64,000 nt of DNA from Candidatus Desulfovibrio gallistercoris (GCA_019118745.1 DWYJ01000087.1:24515-88514), one strand, 5' to 3'. Shown: positions 1-10,032, counted from the first letter of the stretch. Notes: generated by a model not told the origin, from the letters alone. Translations and numbers: made by a program.

Positions 1-1338
1 GCCGCTCGCGTTGGGATAGCCGGGGATATAGGCATCGATGGCCTGCCGTTTGAAGGCGTCTATGCATTGCTGCATGGAATCGTAAAACGTGACGGTATCT
101 TCAGGGTAGGCGGCCATATAGGCCTGGCCGAAGGGGAGCAGTTCATGCGTGACGCCGACGCGTATGTTCCGGCCCGGCACGGCCCTCTCCTGCCCCACCA
201 GCAGGACCGGCATGTCGAAAAAGGGTCGGCTCACCAGCAGGGGCTGCGAGGCGTACATGCCAAGCCCGGCATAGATGTTGCTGATGATGTCCGCCTTGCC
301 TTCCTTGAGCAGGGCCAGAGCTTCCGGATAACTGGGAGCGGCCACGTAGTCGAAGGCGACGCCGCTGCGCCGGGAGAGCTCTTCCATGAAGCGGATGAGG
401 AAGTTCGAGCCCGGCATGTCGTCGTTCATCATGGTCTGCTTCGCGCTGTAGGCCACGCGCAGCCGGGGCTTGCCGGCAAGCCATTCCTCCTCGGCGCGGG
501 TCTGGCTGAAAGAGACCTGCTGGATGCCGTGCATGTAGCTGTCAAACAGGCTGGCGAGCAGCCAGGGCGAATAGAGGTTGATCTGCTTCAGTGCTTCGTT
601 GAGCGGCGGCAGCAGGGAACTGCCCTTGGCCGTGACGAAGAAAAAGGGTTCCATGGCGATGATGGCCGCGATCTTGGCGTTCTCGCCATGCAGGGAACCG
701 TCGATGTAGCCGTCTATCTCGCCACGCTCCAGGGCCGCCTGCATCTCTTTTCTGGTCGAGAAATCATGCGTGCGCAGCGTGAATTTGTACTGCCGGGTGA
801 ATTCCTCGATGACTTTTCCGCCGTAGGCTCCACTGACCGTGCCGACGCGCATCTGATCAAAATCCCGGAAGTCCATGTAGCGGATGGGACTGTTTGCCGC
901 CACGTGCAGCGTGAGGCACTCGTAGCCCACAGGGAGGCTCGTATAGTCGAAAAAGGCTTCCCGGTCAGGGCTGTAGGAGATGCCGCAGACAAGGTCTATC
1001 TCTCCTGCGGCCAGCCTGGCGGGCAGGTCGGCGATAGTGGTGTGCACCCACTCGTATTGCCAGCCGGTATAGGCCGAGATGGCCTGGAGCAGATCGGCAG
1101 CGTAGCCTGCCATCTTGCCCTGGCGCTTCTGGAAGATGCCGGAGAGGTCGAACCAGCCGACGCGGACGAGTTTTTTCTCTTTCTGGTTCCGGGCGAGGAT
1201 CTCCGGCGAGAAGTAGTAGAAAGTCTGCTTGCTGGTCGCCATGTAGGACTGCGGCGGCAGATCGGGCGCGGCGGCCCGGGCCATATCGGCAGCGAACAGA
1301 CATAGGGACAGGAGGGCAAGAAGGATCTTCCGAAGCAT
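1..1338 (-). CDS. Periplasmic tandem solute-binding (SBP_bac_3/PBPb-like) domain protein, N-terminal part. The gene continues past the left window edge and is probably the sensory end of a larger signalling protein.
   Basis: Absent from the ORF track because there is no stop in the window. My own translation of the minus strand from the ATG at 1338 gives MLRKILLALLSLCLFAADMARAAAPDLPPQSYMATSKQTFYYFSPEILARNQKEKKLVRVGWFDLSGIF... It has a signal-peptide-like N-terminus, then two PBPb-like repeats (GEIDLVCGISYSPDREAFFDYT; GKADIISNIYAG..SRPFFD). The frame stays open to base 1. Plus-strand ORF 67..1305 is its antisense shadow. Confidence 0.7.
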   Translation of the reverse strand, partial: MLRKILLALLSLCLFAADMARAAAPDLPPQSYMATSKQTFYYFSPEILARNQKEKKLVRVGWFDLSGIFQKRQGKMAGYAADLLQAISAYTGWQYEWVHTTIADLPARLAAGEIDLVCGISYSPDREAFFDYTSLPVGYECLTLHVAANSPIRYMDFRDFDQMRVGTVSGAYGGKVIEEFTRQYKFTLRTHDFSTRKEMQAALERGEIDGYIDGSLHGENAKIAAIIAMEPFFFVTAKGSSLLPPLNEALKQINLYSPWLLASLFDSYMHGIQQVSFSQTRAEEEWLAGKPRLRVAYSAKQTMMNDDMPGSNFLIRFMEELSRRSGVAFDYVAAPSYPEALALLKEGKADIISNIYAGLGMYASQPLLVSRPFFDMPVLLVGQERAVPGRNIRVGVTHELLPFGQAYMAAYPEDTVTFYDSMQQCIDAFKRQAIDAYIPGYPNASG

Positions 1339-1569
1339 GGACTCGCCTTTACCGCCCGTCTGGGCGGCTTCTGGTGATGTGGCATTACCGGCGGCGGATG
1401 CACAAGGGGGAGGGGATCTTTCCCGCAGGAAAGCCTCCCTCCCCCGACACATGTCAAACGGAAAGCCTGCTGCTCGTCCTGTCTTTCGCGAACGACAGCG
1501 GAGAGACGCGGCAGTGACGCCGCTGCCTGGCTGTTGCCGCAAGGCGGACGTGCAGGCCGTCCAGGGTGG

Positions 1570-2001
1570 TTAGAAGGCGCAGATCTCGTCCGGCGGCAGG
1601 ATGGTGAACTTGTGCTCCCGGAGCAGTTCGATGGCCTGATCCACCTTGTCAAAGCGGAAAATGAGGATGGCGCCGCCCTTTTCCCGCTGCAGGAAGGCGT
1701 ACATGTATTCCACGTTGATGTCGTGCGTGGAGACCAGCTGCAGCACGCTGTCCAGCCCGCCGGGGCGATCCGGCACCTCCACGGCCACCACGGAGGTGCG
1801 GCCGAGGGTGAAGCCCTTTTCCTTGAGGGCCTGCTTGGCCAGTTCCGGATTGCAGACGATGAGGCGCAGGATGCCGAAATCCGAGGTGTCCGCGAGCGAG
1901 AGCGCGCGGATGTTGACGCCGGCTTCGGCAAGGGTATGCGTCACCTCGGCCAGACGGCCGGCTCGATTTTCAAGAAAAACGGAGAGTTGCTCAGCTTTCA
2001 T
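1570..2001 (-). CDS. ACT domain-containing (amino-acid-binding regulatory) protein
   Basis: 143-aa ORF with two ACT-like halves (LSVFLENRAGRLAEVTHTLAEAGVNIRALSL; VAVEVPDRPGGLDSVLQLVSTHDINVEYMY). It starts 17 nt after the tatA stop, so the two are likely co-transcribed. Confidence 0.85.
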   Translation of the reverse strand: MKAEQLSVFLENRAGRLAEVTHTLAEAGVNIRALSLADTSDFGILRLIVCNPELAKQALKEKGFTLGRTSVVAVEVPDRPGGLDSVLQLVSTHDINVEYMYAFLQREKGGAILIFRFDKVDQAIELLREHKFTILPPDEICAF

Positions 2002-2018
2002 GGCAATATCCTTTGGCG

Positions 2019-2231
2019 CTAGGCCTTGCGGGATTCATCGTCGGAAGTGGAAGCCTGCTGCTTGTCCTTGCCGGGGGTGATGTCGATCTCATCCGGCTCC
2101 GAGGAAGCACGTTTGAAGTTGCGGATGGCGCGGCCCAGTCCGCCGCCGATCTCCGGCAGCTTCTTGGCGCCGAAAAGGAGCAGCAGGATAACCAGAATGA
2201 CGAGGATCTCCTGAGTACCAATACCAAACAT
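2019..2231 (-). CDS. tatA: Twin-arginine translocase subunit TatA/E
   Basis: 70 aa. N-terminal TM helix followed by the TatA hallmark [25 protein letters not shown] and an acidic tail. Confidence 0.9.
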   Translation of the reverse strand: MFGIGTQEILVILVILLLLFGAKKLPEIGGGLGRAIRNFKRASSEPDEIDITPGKDKQQASTSDDESRKA

Positions 2232-2318
2232 GGAAAAAGCCTCCCGTAGAATGGGGCCTGTAGGCCAAACATCACCAGCATACGGCCCAGAGGGGTTGAG
2301 GTCAAGCGGAGGGGACGA

Positions 2319-3200
2319 TCAGCGCCGCCTCCCGGCCATGAGACGTTTTACCTTGGCGGGGGAAGCGGGAGCGGCAAAGCCCGCCTCGACGAGCCGGCGG
2401 GCCGCGGTGTCGCGTGCGGCGCGGCTGCTGCCGCCCATGACGACGGCCATGAGGCGGACGCCGTTCCTCTCCGCCGTGATGATGACATTGTAGCCGCTGG
2501 CGGCGGTAAAACCTGTCTTGAGGCCGTCGACGCCGCGTACCCTGCCCAGCAGCAGATTGGTGTTGTTGATGGCGCGGCCGCGGTGCACCAGACGGCGGGT
2601 GGCGTGGAACGTGCGCACCGAGGGATAGGCCTTGAGGTAGGCGCGGGCCAGTCGGGCCATGTCGCGGGCCGTGGTCTTCTGGCCCGGAGCGAGCAGGCCG
2701 CTGGGATTCTTGAAGACGGTGTGCCGCAGGCCGAGGTTGCGGGCTTTGCGGTTCATGAGGCGCACGAAGTTGCGGGTGCTGCCGGAAATGGCATGGGCGA
2801 CGGTCATGGCGGCATCGTTGCCCGACGCGACGGCCATACCGAGCATGAGACGCGAGAGAGGGAGGCGCTCGCCCGTGCGCAGATGCATGGAGGAGCCGCC
2901 CGTCCGCGCGGCCTCGCGCGTGACGCGGACCTTGCCCATGAGCGAGAGCTTGCGGGAGGACACGGCGTCCATCGCCAGATACATGGTCATGAGCTTGGTC
3001 AGCGAGGCGGGGGGGATGCTCAGGTTGGCGTTACGCTCGTAGAGCGTCTTGCCGGTGTTGAGATTGATGAGCAGCATGGCCTTCACGCCGGCATGGGCGG
3101 TCTGCGCGGTCAGGCAGAGCAGGCACAGCAGCGTCAGCGCCAGGACGGGAAGAAGCCGCCGGAGACGTGCGGAAGAGGAGCGGTCAGTCATGCTTTTCAT
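2319..3200 (-). CDS. Serine-type D-alanyl-D-alanine carboxypeptidase (peptidase S11, PBP5/6-like)
   Basis: ORF 2319..3482 trimmed to the in-frame Met at 3200 (MKSMTDRSS..LLCLLCLTAQTAHA signal peptide). Motifs are SLTK (SxxK), SGND (SxN) and KTGF (KTG). The longer version overlaps the upstream gene. Confidence 0.88.
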   Translation of the reverse strand: MKSMTDRSSSARLRRLLPVLALTLLCLLCLTAQTAHAGVKAMLLINLNTGKTLYERNANLSIPPASLTKLMTMYLAMDAVSSRKLSLMGKVRVTREAARTGGSSMHLRTGERLPLSRLMLGMAVASGNDAAMTVAHAISGSTRNFVRLMNRKARNLGLRHTVFKNPSGLLAPGQKTTARDMARLARAYLKAYPSVRTFHATRRLVHRGRAINNTNLLLGRVRGVDGLKTGFTAASGYNVIITAERNGVRLMAVVMGGSSRAARDTAARRLVEAGFAAPASPAKVKRLMAGRRR

Positions 3201-4293
3201 AGAGGGCACGGGCCTCTTCCAGAGATTGCAGGGCAAAGGCCAGCAGCACCGGGCCGACGATGAGGCCCACGGCGCCGAAGCTGGCCAGTCCGCAGATGAT
3301 GGCGATGATGAGGACGAAGAACGGCGCCTTGATGCCTTGCTGCAGGAAGAGGGGCCGCAGCACATTGTCCACGCCGGCCACGGCCACCGTGCCCCAGAGG
3401 GCCAGGCCGACGGCCGCCATGCTGTTGCCGGTGAACCAGAGCGACAGGCAGAGCGGCACCCAGACCAGCGCCGTGCCCACAAAGGGGATGGGCGCCACCA
3501 CGGTGGCCAGCAGGCCCCAGAAGGCGGGCTGGTTGATGCCGGCCACGGAAAAGCCGATGCCGCAAAGGAAGCCCTGGGCGGCGGCCACCAGCAGGATGCC
3601 GAGCATGATGCCGCGCAGGGCCCGGCGGATGGCGCTGACGAAGCGGCGCAGCATGGCGGGCGGGACCTGGGTCAGCCGGGAGCAGACCTGGGCGATGCGC
3701 CGGGCGTAGACCGCAAAGACCACCGTCAGGATGACGAAGAGCACAAGGCTCCAGAGGACGTTCATGGTGCCGCCCAGCACGTCGAAACTCCGGTTGATGA
3801 GGATGCCCATGGCGTCGCTGAGCGTGCTGTCGATATTGTGGATCAGTTCGTTGTAGGCGGATTCGATGCCGGGATAGTCGGCGAGCTTTTTCTCGAAGGT
3901 CTGGAAATATTGCACCCATTCGGGCGGCAGCTGGAAATTGTTCTCCTGGAGCTCGCGCAGGCGGGCAAGACCGCCGGCGACCTGCGGAGAGACCAGCAGG
4001 ATGAGGGTGGCGACCGGGATGATGATGACGGAGATGGTGAGCAGGGTATAGCCGAACAGCGGGATCTTCCGCACCAGTTTCAGGAGGATGCGCTGCGGCA
4101 GGCTCTGCGGGCGGCGCAGCACGCGACGCCGCAGCCGGCAGGCCCGGCGGGCCAGGCGGCGGTAGAGCGGCAGGCTCAGGCAGGCGAAGCAGGCGGCCAT
4201 GAAGAGCGTCACGGGATTGGGCCGCAGCAGCAGATAGCAGGCCAGGACAGCCAGCAGGTAGAGGATGCGGGGAAAACAGGCGCTTTTGGTCAT
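3184..4293 (-). CDS. AI-2E family transporter (PerM/UPF0118-type permease)
   Basis: ORF 3184..4500 trimmed to the Met at 4293 (MTKSACFPRILYLLAVLACYLLL..). Multi-pass membrane protein with an AI-2E-like C-terminal half (GVDNVLRPLFLQQGIKAPFFVLIIAIICGLASFGAVGLIVGPVLLA). Confidence 0.82.
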   Translation of the reverse strand: MTKSACFPRILYLLAVLACYLLLRPNPVTLFMAACFACLSLPLYRRLARRACRLRRRVLRRPQSLPQRILLKLVRKIPLFGYTLLTISVIIIPVATLILLVSPQVAGGLARLRELQENNFQLPPEWVQYFQTFEKKLADYPGIESAYNELIHNIDSTLSDAMGILINRSFDVLGGTMNVLWSLVLFVILTVVFAVYARRIAQVCSRLTQVPPAMLRRFVSAIRRALRGIMLGILLVAAAQGFLCGIGFSVAGINQPAFWGLLATVVAPIPFVGTALVWVPLCLSLWFTGNSMAAVGLALWGTVAVAGVDNVLRPLFLQQGIKAPFFVLIIAIICGLASFGAVGLIVGPVLLAFALQSLEEARALYEKHD

Positions 4294-4402
4294 GACAAGA
4301 TCAGAGAGGACGGCGTGTATCGGATAAGTGTAGCAAAGGGCCTGTCTGCTGCCAAGCGGTAAAATGGTGACGGAATGTGAACGCGTCTTCGCCGGGGCGG
4401 CG

Positions 4403-5995
4403 TCAGGCAACGGTCTGCAACAGCGTTTGCAGGCGATGCCCGTAGGTGTGGCGGGCGTGCAGTTCCCTGCGCCAGGCGGCGGAAAGGGCGGCCCGCTCAT
4501 CCGGGCAGCGCCGCAGGGCCGCCAGTCGTGCGGGCAGTTCGTCCGGACTCTCCAGCCGTATGGGGCGGACCAGCTCCGCGGGAAAGAGCCCGAGCCCCGG
4601 CGTGGGGTCGCTCAGGAGGATGCCGCCCGCGGCCCAGACGTCGAAATGCCGCTGGTTCAGGCTATGCGGCAGCAGCAGGCTCGTCACGTTGAGCACGGCC
4701 TCGGAGCGGGCATAGAGCGCGGGGAGGCTGCCGTAGTAGTCCACAGGCGGCAACACGGCAGCGCCGGGCAGGAGTTCGGCCCAGGCCGCATCGCCGCAGA
4801 GGACGAAGCCCGCCCGCACGGCGACGGCCAGCCAGTCCGCGCGGCGGCGACGCGAGCAGGCGTCCGCCCCCGCCCCCGCCTCACGGATGGCCATGCCCGG
4901 CCAGCCCCGGGCATGGAGCCTGCGCTGCCACCAGTGGATATGGGGCAGCGGGGCTTGCGCATCCCGTGCCTGCGCCAGCAGCCTTTCGGCCAGGGCAAGA
5001 TCGTCCTTGCCGGGATGCGCGGCGGCAAAGAAGCGCGCATGGTCGGGAAAGGAGGCCCGCCCCACGAAGATCGGCGGCAGGGAGGGCGGCGCGGCGGACG
5101 GCGCGAGCCACATGTGGCGTGCCGCCGCCAGCGGCAGGAGATCCGCCTGACGCGCCCCGGCGTCCCGCAACGGCTCAAGAAAGCTCGCATCCGTCACGAA
5201 GAGGGGGAACTCCCGCCACCAGGGCAGGCGCAGGCCGGACAGCACGTGCCACGGCATGTCCACGAACCAGATGGCCAGGCGGATGCCCAGCGCCCGGCAG
5301 GCGTGGGCGATGCGGCCTTGCGCGTCCAGCCCGCGCAGATTGACGGAGAGGAAGAGCGGCGGCACGCTGCCGGGCAGATCGGCCAGACGCCGCAAAAGAG
5401 CGGGGATCTGTTGCGGCTGGACACGGGCGGGCCAGGGCACGGTGGGCAGGCGAAGGGCCGCGGCCGCGGCGCAAAGCTCCTGATGCAGGAGGGTGTGCGC
5501 ATCGCCGGGCAGGATGAGGGCCGGAACGTCGGACGGGGCGGGCGTGGAGCGGCCTGCGGCGTGCAGGCGCGCGGCGTCAAGGCGGCCCAGCAGAGGGCCC
5601 CAGAAGCGGGGGAAGAGCCGCATGCCCGTCTGGTAGAACAGGATGCGGCAGCGCGGCGCCAGCGCGGCGGCGGCCTCAGCGGAGACCGGACGGGCGCGGG
5701 CGGCATCGGGCGGGGGCAGGCGGCGGGCCTGCCGCCAGTCCAGCATCTCCGGGGCCTCCAGCCAGAGGAAAGGCCCGTCCTGCGGTCCGGCCGCGGCAAG
5801 GGGCGCGGCCTCCGCATCCGGCCCCAGGCCGAGCAGGAGGACAGGCGCGCCGGCGGCGGGAGCGGGGGCTATCTCCTGCCAGGCGGCCGCATCCGAGGGC
5901 AGGCTGACGGGGCTGCCGTCCCAGTCCGGCAGGCGGGGGCGCTGCGGGCGCGAGGAGCCTGCGGCGTCAGGGGCGGAGGGGGTGGGCTGCGGCAT
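4403..5995 (-). CDS. CgeB-family glycosyltransferase-like protein (Glyco_trans_1_2-type C-terminus)
   Basis: 530-aa ORF. The C-terminal region [44 protein letters not shown]...[11 protein letters not shown] resembles the CgeB/DUF3880 glycosyltransferase family. The N-terminal ~60 aa is Pro/Ala-rich, so the true start is uncertain. Confidence 0.6.
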   Translation of the reverse strand: MPQPTPSAPDAAGSSRPQRPRLPDWDGSPVSLPSDAAAWQEIAPAPAAGAPVLLLGLGPDAEAAPLAAAGPQDGPFLWLEAPEMLDWRQARRLPPPDAARARPVSAEAAAALAPRCRILFYQTGMRLFPRFWGPLLGRLDAARLHAAGRSTPAPSDVPALILPGDAHTLLHQELCAAAAALRLPTVPWPARVQPQQIPALLRRLADLPGSVPPLFLSVNLRGLDAQGRIAHACRALGIRLAIWFVDMPWHVLSGLRLPWWREFPLFVTDASFLEPLRDAGARQADLLPLAAARHMWLAPSAAPPSLPPIFVGRASFPDHARFFAAAHPGKDDLALAERLLAQARDAQAPLPHIHWWQRRLHARGWPGMAIREAGAGADACSRRRRADWLAVAVRAGFVLCGDAAWAELLPGAAVLPPVDYYGSLPALYARSEAVLNVTSLLLPHSLNQRHFDVWAAGGILLSDPTPGLGLFPAELVRPIRLESPDELPARLAALRRCPDERAALSAAWRRELHARHTYGHRLQTLLQTVA

Positions 5996-6089
5996 GGCGG
6001 TACGGCATTTGCCCGGCGGATGCGCGGGGGAAAAAATCAGGACTTGGCGGCGGACAAAAAAAAGAGTAGGCTTCCTGCCGACAAATCCT

Positions 6090-6755
6090 ATGAAAGAATA
6101 TCGCGATCACTATTTCCTCAAGGCCAAGCGGGAGAACTACCCCGCCCGTTCCGTCTACAAGTTGAAGGAATTGGACGGCAAATTCAAGCTCTTTCGTCAG
6201 GGCATGCGCGTACTCGATCTGGGTGCGGCTCCCGGCTCCTGGTCGCTGGGCGCGGCCGAGCGCATCGGGCCGCGCGGTCTCGTGCTGGGCTGCGACATCC
6301 AGACGACGGAGACGGCCTTCCCGCCGCAGGTGACCTTCCTGCAGGAGGACGTGTTCCAGCGTTCCCCCGAGTTCGAGGCCCTGCTTGCGGAAAAGGGACC
6401 TTTTGACGTGGTCATGAGCGATATGGCCCCGCGCACCACAGGGACGAAGTTCACGGATCAGGCCCGTTCGCTGGAACTGGCCTGCGAGGCGTTGAACGTG
6501 GCCTGTCTGCACCTCAAGGCGGGGGGCAGCTTCGTCGTCAAGATCTTCATGGGGCCGGATGTGCAGGAGCTTCTGCAGCCCATGCGCAAGGCCTTCCGCA
6601 CGGTCAAATCCTTCAAGCCCAAGAGCTCCCGCGCCGAAAGCAAGGAGACCTTCTTTGTCGGCATGGGCTTCAGGGCTGCCTCTCCGGCGGCCGGTACGGC
6701 CGCGGACGCTGCGGCGAGCGCCTCTCCGGCGGCTCCCGATCCTGGAGAAGCATAG
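6090..6755 (+). CDS. rlmE: 23S rRNA (uridine2552-2'-O)-methyltransferase RlmE/FtsJ
   Basis: ORF 5643..6755 trimmed to the ATG at 6090 ([29 protein letters not shown]..). SAM motif [12 protein letters not shown], then DVVMSDMAP and an FVVKIF core. Ala/Pro-rich C-terminal tail. Confidence 0.9.
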   Translation: MKEYRDHYFLKAKRENYPARSVYKLKELDGKFKLFRQGMRVLDLGAAPGSWSLGAAERIGPRGLVLGCDIQTTETAFPPQVTFLQEDVFQRSPEFEALLAEKGPFDVVMSDMAPRTTGTKFTDQARSLELACEALNVACLHLKAGGSFVVKIFMGPDVQELLQPMRKAFRTVKSFKPKSSRAESKETFFVGMGFRAASPAAGTAADAAASASPAAPDPGEA

Positions 6756-6792
6756 GGCCTGCTCCCCCATGCGGGGAGGGCTCCGGCATTTG

Positions 6793-6822
6793 GGCGCACC
6801 GGTGCCGGTGTGCCGCTTTTTT
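6793..6822 (+). terminator. Possible terminator after rlmE
   Basis: GGCGCACC-GGTGCC-GGTGTGCC, an 8-bp stem with one G-U pair, then GC and TTTTTT. Lies 57 nt before the yebC start. Confidence 0.5.
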
Positions 6823-6878
6823 CGTCCATTTCACCTGACCGCACGGGCGGTCGCAAGTCACACAGTTTCGGAGGTTGT

Positions 6879-7616
6879 ATGTCTGGGCATAGCAAATGGG
6901 CCAATATCCAGCACCGCAAGGGCCGTCAGGACGCCAAGCGCGGCAAGGTCTTCACCAAGGCCGCCAAGGAAATCATCATCGCCGCCAAGAACGGCGGCGA
7001 TCCGGCGGGCAACCCCCGTTTGCGTGCGGCCATTGCCGCGGCCAAGGCCGTGAACCTGCCCAAGGACAAGATCGAGGCCGCCATCCGCAAGGGCACGGGC
7101 GAAGATGCCGGCGGCGACCTGACCGAAGCCTTTTACGAAGGCTACGGCCCCGGCGGCATCGCCATCATGGTGGAAGTGGCCACCGACAACAAGAACCGCA
7201 CCGTGGCCGAAGTGCGCCACCTCTTCACCAAGCACGGCGGCAACATGGGGGAAAACGGCAGCGTGAGCTGGATGTTTGACCGCAAGGGCGTCATCACCGT
7301 GGACAAGAACGCCTACGCCGAAGACAAGATCATGGAAGCCGCCGTGGAAGCCGGCGCCGACGACGTGGTGGATGATGACGATGTCTGGACCATCCAGACC
7401 GCCATGGCCGATTTCGCCGCCGTGCGCGACGCCCTGGAAGCCGCCGGCATCGCCATGCAGAGCGCCGAACTGGCCATGGTGCCGCAGAACCTCGTGGCCG
7501 TGGATGCCGACATGGGCCAGAAGGTGCTGCGCCTCATGGACGCGCTGGACGACAACGACGACGTGCAGAACGTCTTCGCCAACGTGGACTTCCCCGACGA
7601 CATGGCCACGGACTAG
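6879..7616 (+). CDS. yebC: YebC/PmpR family DNA-binding transcriptional regulator
   Basis: ATG at 6879 preceded by [42 protein letters not shown] is the canonical YebC N-terminus. 245 aa. Confidence 0.93.
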   Translation: MSGHSKWANIQHRKGRQDAKRGKVFTKAAKEIIIAAKNGGDPAGNPRLRAAIAAAKAVNLPKDKIEAAIRKGTGEDAGGDLTEAFYEGYGPGGIAIMVEVATDNKNRTVAEVRHLFTKHGGNMGENGSVSWMFDRKGVITVDKNAYAEDKIMEAAVEAGADDVVDDDDVWTIQTAMADFAAVRDALEAAGIAMQSAELAMVPQNLVAVDADMGQKVLRLMDALDDNDDVQNVFANVDFPDDMATD

Positions 7617-7672
7617 AGCATTTTGCGTTTGGAGCGCTTCGCGCTTCAAATCCTACGGCCTGTCGTTTTGCA
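7614..7672 (+). repeat. RepA partial copy (one end only)
   Basis: TAGAGCATTTTGCGTTTGGAGCGCTTCGCGCTTCAAATCCTACGGCCTGTCGTTT. Its first three bases are the yebC TAG stop codon. Confidence 0.65.
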
Positions 7673-7767
7673 TGACAGACGTTTCCGGGAGGGGGCACAT
7701 GCCTCCTCCCGGCGTTCTTTTCCTTTTCCCGTAAGGGGAACGGCCCTGATGCGGCGAGGAGGCGCTT

Positions 7768-8298
7768 TTGCCCGCGCGTAGAGAACAGCCCAGCCATCCC
7801 CTGACCATCATCGGCATCGACCCCGGCTCCCAGCGTACCGGCTGGGGCGTCATCCGGGAGATATCGGGCGTGCTGACGCTGGTGGACTGCGGCATCATCC
7901 GCACGACCTCCGGCGGCAATGCCGTCTTTTCCGCCCGGCTCGCCCGCATCTTTACGGAGCTTGCCGCCGTGGTGCGCCGCCATTCCCCCACGGAGGCGGC
8001 CATCGAACAGGTCTTCACCGCGCAGAATGCCGCCAGCGCCCTCAAGCTGGGGCAGGCCCGCGGCGTGGCCGTGGCGGCCTGCGCGGCCTGCGGCATACCG
8101 GTCAGCGACTATGCCCCGACCCTCGTCAAAAAGGCGCTGGTAGGCACCGGGCGCGCCGAAAAGGAGCAGGTCGCTTTCATGGTGCGCCGTCTGCTCAACG
8201 TGCGCGGCGAAGGCTGGGCCCTGGACACCTCCGACGCGCTGGCCGTGGGCATCTGTCATCTGACCATGCGCCGGTTCGCGGCCCTTGCCGGGCGTTGA
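7768..8298 (+). CDS. ruvC: Crossover junction endodeoxyribonuclease RuvC
   Basis: 176-aa ORF with a TTG start. IIGIDPGSQRTGWGVI (catalytic Asp), EQVF, and DTSDALAVGICH near the C-terminus. Follows yebC, as in many bacteria. Confidence 0.9.
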   Translation: MPARREQPSHPLTIIGIDPGSQRTGWGVIREISGVLTLVDCGIIRTTSGGNAVFSARLARIFTELAAVVRRHSPTEAAIEQVFTAQNAASALKLGQARGVAVAACAACGIPVSDYAPTLVKKALVGTGRAEKEQVAFMVRRLLNVRGEGWALDTSDALAVGICHLTMRRFAALAGR

Positions 8299-8329
8299 CG
8301 GCCGGCAAACGGCAAGGAGGGATGGGACG

Positions 8330-8686
8330 ATGGCCGACCGGGAAAGCCTGCTGGCCTATGTAAGGGAAAAATACGGCACGTCGCCGGAATCCCTCTGGCC
8401 GCGCCAGCCCCGATATGTCGTGCTGCGCCATGCGGAGAACGGCAAATGGTATGCCGTGCTCATGAACGTGCGGGCGCGCTGTTTGCACCTGCCGGGGACG
8501 GGGGAGGTGGATGTGGTCAACGTGAAAAGTCCTTTTGCGCCGGATATGCTGCTCAGCGGCGTAGCGGGAGCCTTTCCGGCCTACCACATGAACAAGCGTC
8601 ACTGGATCAGCCTTGCGCTTGATGGTTCCTTCCCCGAGGAAGAGCTCTACAGGCTCGTGGATGAAAGTTATCTGCTGACCCGCTGA
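8330..8686 (+). CDS. MmcQ/YjbR family DNA-binding protein
   Basis: ORF 8285..8686 trimmed to the ATG at 8330 (AAGGAGG 9 nt upstream). YVVLRHAENGKWYAVLMNV...AYHMNKRHWISLALDG matches the YjbR/MmcQ fold family. Confidence 0.75.
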   Translation: MADRESLLAYVREKYGTSPESLWPRQPRYVVLRHAENGKWYAVLMNVRARCLHLPGTGEVDVVNVKSPFAPDMLLSGVAGAFPAYHMNKRHWISLALDGSFPEEELYRLVDESYLLTR

Positions 8687-8765
8687 AGCTTTCCTGTGGC
8701 TGCCGCATCCGGCGGAAAAAGCCTCCTTTGAGGCGTACCAGTCCTCTATCAGTTATGGAGAGTCC

Positions 8766-9365
8766 ATGTCGCTCCTTGCCGTGCTCCTTCTTGCCGTTGC
8801 CCTCTCGCTGGATGCCTTTGCCGTCGCCGTGGCCTCCGGCTGCGCGCTGCGCCCCATCCGCTGGGAACATTATTGCCGCGTCGGCGGCGCGTTCGGCTTC
8901 TTCCAGTTCTTCATGCCTGTGCTGGGCTGGCTGCTGGGGCAGTCCGTCCACAGCTATATCGAGGCCTGGGATCACTGGATAGCCTTTGTCCTGCTGGCCT
9001 GGGTGGGCGGCAACATGCTGCGCGGGGCCTGGAAGGACTTCCACCAGCACGGCGGCGAAGCGCCCGAAGCGGCGGCGGGATGTTCCGGCTCGCCCCTGCG
9101 CTGGCGCACGCTGTTCGTGCTGGCTGTGGCCACCAGCATCGATGCGCTGGCCGTGGGGCTGACCTTCGCCATGACCGGCACGCCCATCCTGCGGCCCGCC
9201 GTCATCATCGGCCTGACCTGCGCGGCCATCTCCGCCGCGGGGCTGCACCTCGGCCGCGTGCTTGCCGGCATGGCCGCCCTCCAGCGCTGGGCCGGGCTCA
9301 TCGGCGGACTGGTGCTGCTGGCCATCGGCCTGCGCGTGCTCTGGCAGGACGGCGTGTTTGGTTAG
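8766..9365 (+). CDS. mntP: Manganese efflux pump MntP
   Basis: 199 aa. Duplicated LSLDAFAVA / TSIDALAVGL motifs in a six-TM protein, typical of MntP (DUF204). Confidence 0.88.
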   Translation: MSLLAVLLLAVALSLDAFAVAVASGCALRPIRWEHYCRVGGAFGFFQFFMPVLGWLLGQSVHSYIEAWDHWIAFVLLAWVGGNMLRGAWKDFHQHGGEAPEAAAGCSGSPLRWRTLFVLAVATSIDALAVGLTFAMTGTPILRPAVIIGLTCAAISAAGLHLGRVLAGMAALQRWAGLIGGLVLLAIGLRVLWQDGVFG

Positions 9366-9374
9366 GGCCGGTCA

Positions 9375-9412
9375 GGGCGTTTGCCCTGTGAAAAAGGCGA
9401 AACGCTCTATGT
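9375..9412 (-). repeat. RepA-like terminal fragment
   Basis: GGGCGTTTGCCCTGTGAAAAAGGCGAAACGCTCTA resembles the first ~35 nt of RepA. Lies just after the mntP stop. Confidence 0.4.
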
Positions 9413-9554
9413 GAGTACGCCAGGACGAACCGCATTCCGCGACGGCGGGCCGGCCGTCGCGTCCTCTTTCCCCGCCGGGGATTTTTTCGTAAAAGGGCAG
9501 GGAAGGGCCGTTCTCATGGGCGGCACCGTCTGACATTTTTTCCAGGAGGACAGC

Positions 9555-9965
9555 ATGGCAACGGCAACGGGAACGTATCTTGGGGATCTGCGGGTGGAAC
9601 TGCGGCACGAGCAGAGCGGGGCCACCATCACGACCGACGCTCCGGTGGACAATCACGGCAAGGGCGAGGCCTTCTCTCCCACGGACATGGTGGGGGCGGC
9701 GCTGGGCGCGTGCGCCATGACCATCATCGGCATCTACGCCCAGGCGCATGACGTGGACGTGAGCGGCATGAAAATGGAAGTGACCAAGACCATGAGTGCC
9801 GACCCGCGCCGCATCGGCAAGCTGGAAGTGACCTTCATCATGCCGAAGCGCGCCTATTCGGACAAGGAAAAGGCCTCCATCGAGCGGGCGGCCCGCACCT
9901 GCCCCGTCCACATGAGCCTGCACCCGGATACGGAACAGGTCTTTACCTTCCTTTGGCAGGAATAA
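9555..9965 (+). CDS. OsmC family peroxiredoxin/hydroperoxide reductase-like protein
   Basis: 136 aa. GKGEAFSPTDMVGAALGACAM and the ARTCPVH cysteine motifs are typical of the OsmC/Ohr superfamily. RBS AGGAGG upstream. Confidence 0.85.
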   Translation: MATATGTYLGDLRVELRHEQSGATITTDAPVDNHGKGEAFSPTDMVGAALGACAMTIIGIYAQAHDVDVSGMKMEVTKTMSADPRRIGKLEVTFIMPKRAYSDKEKASIERAARTCPVHMSLHPDTEQVFTFLWQE

Positions 9966-10032
9966 GCGCCGGCATGCCCCGCAGGGCCGTTCACGGAAAG
10001 GGTGGACGGCCACGGGCGTGGCCATGACGCGA

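Noticed and set aside
8687-8765. Possible yybP-ykoY manganese riboswitch upstream of mntP.
   Set aside because: Only ~80 nt are available, and I could not find the conserved GGGGAGUAG or GAGACA-type blocks. Nothing supports the call without an Infernal scan.
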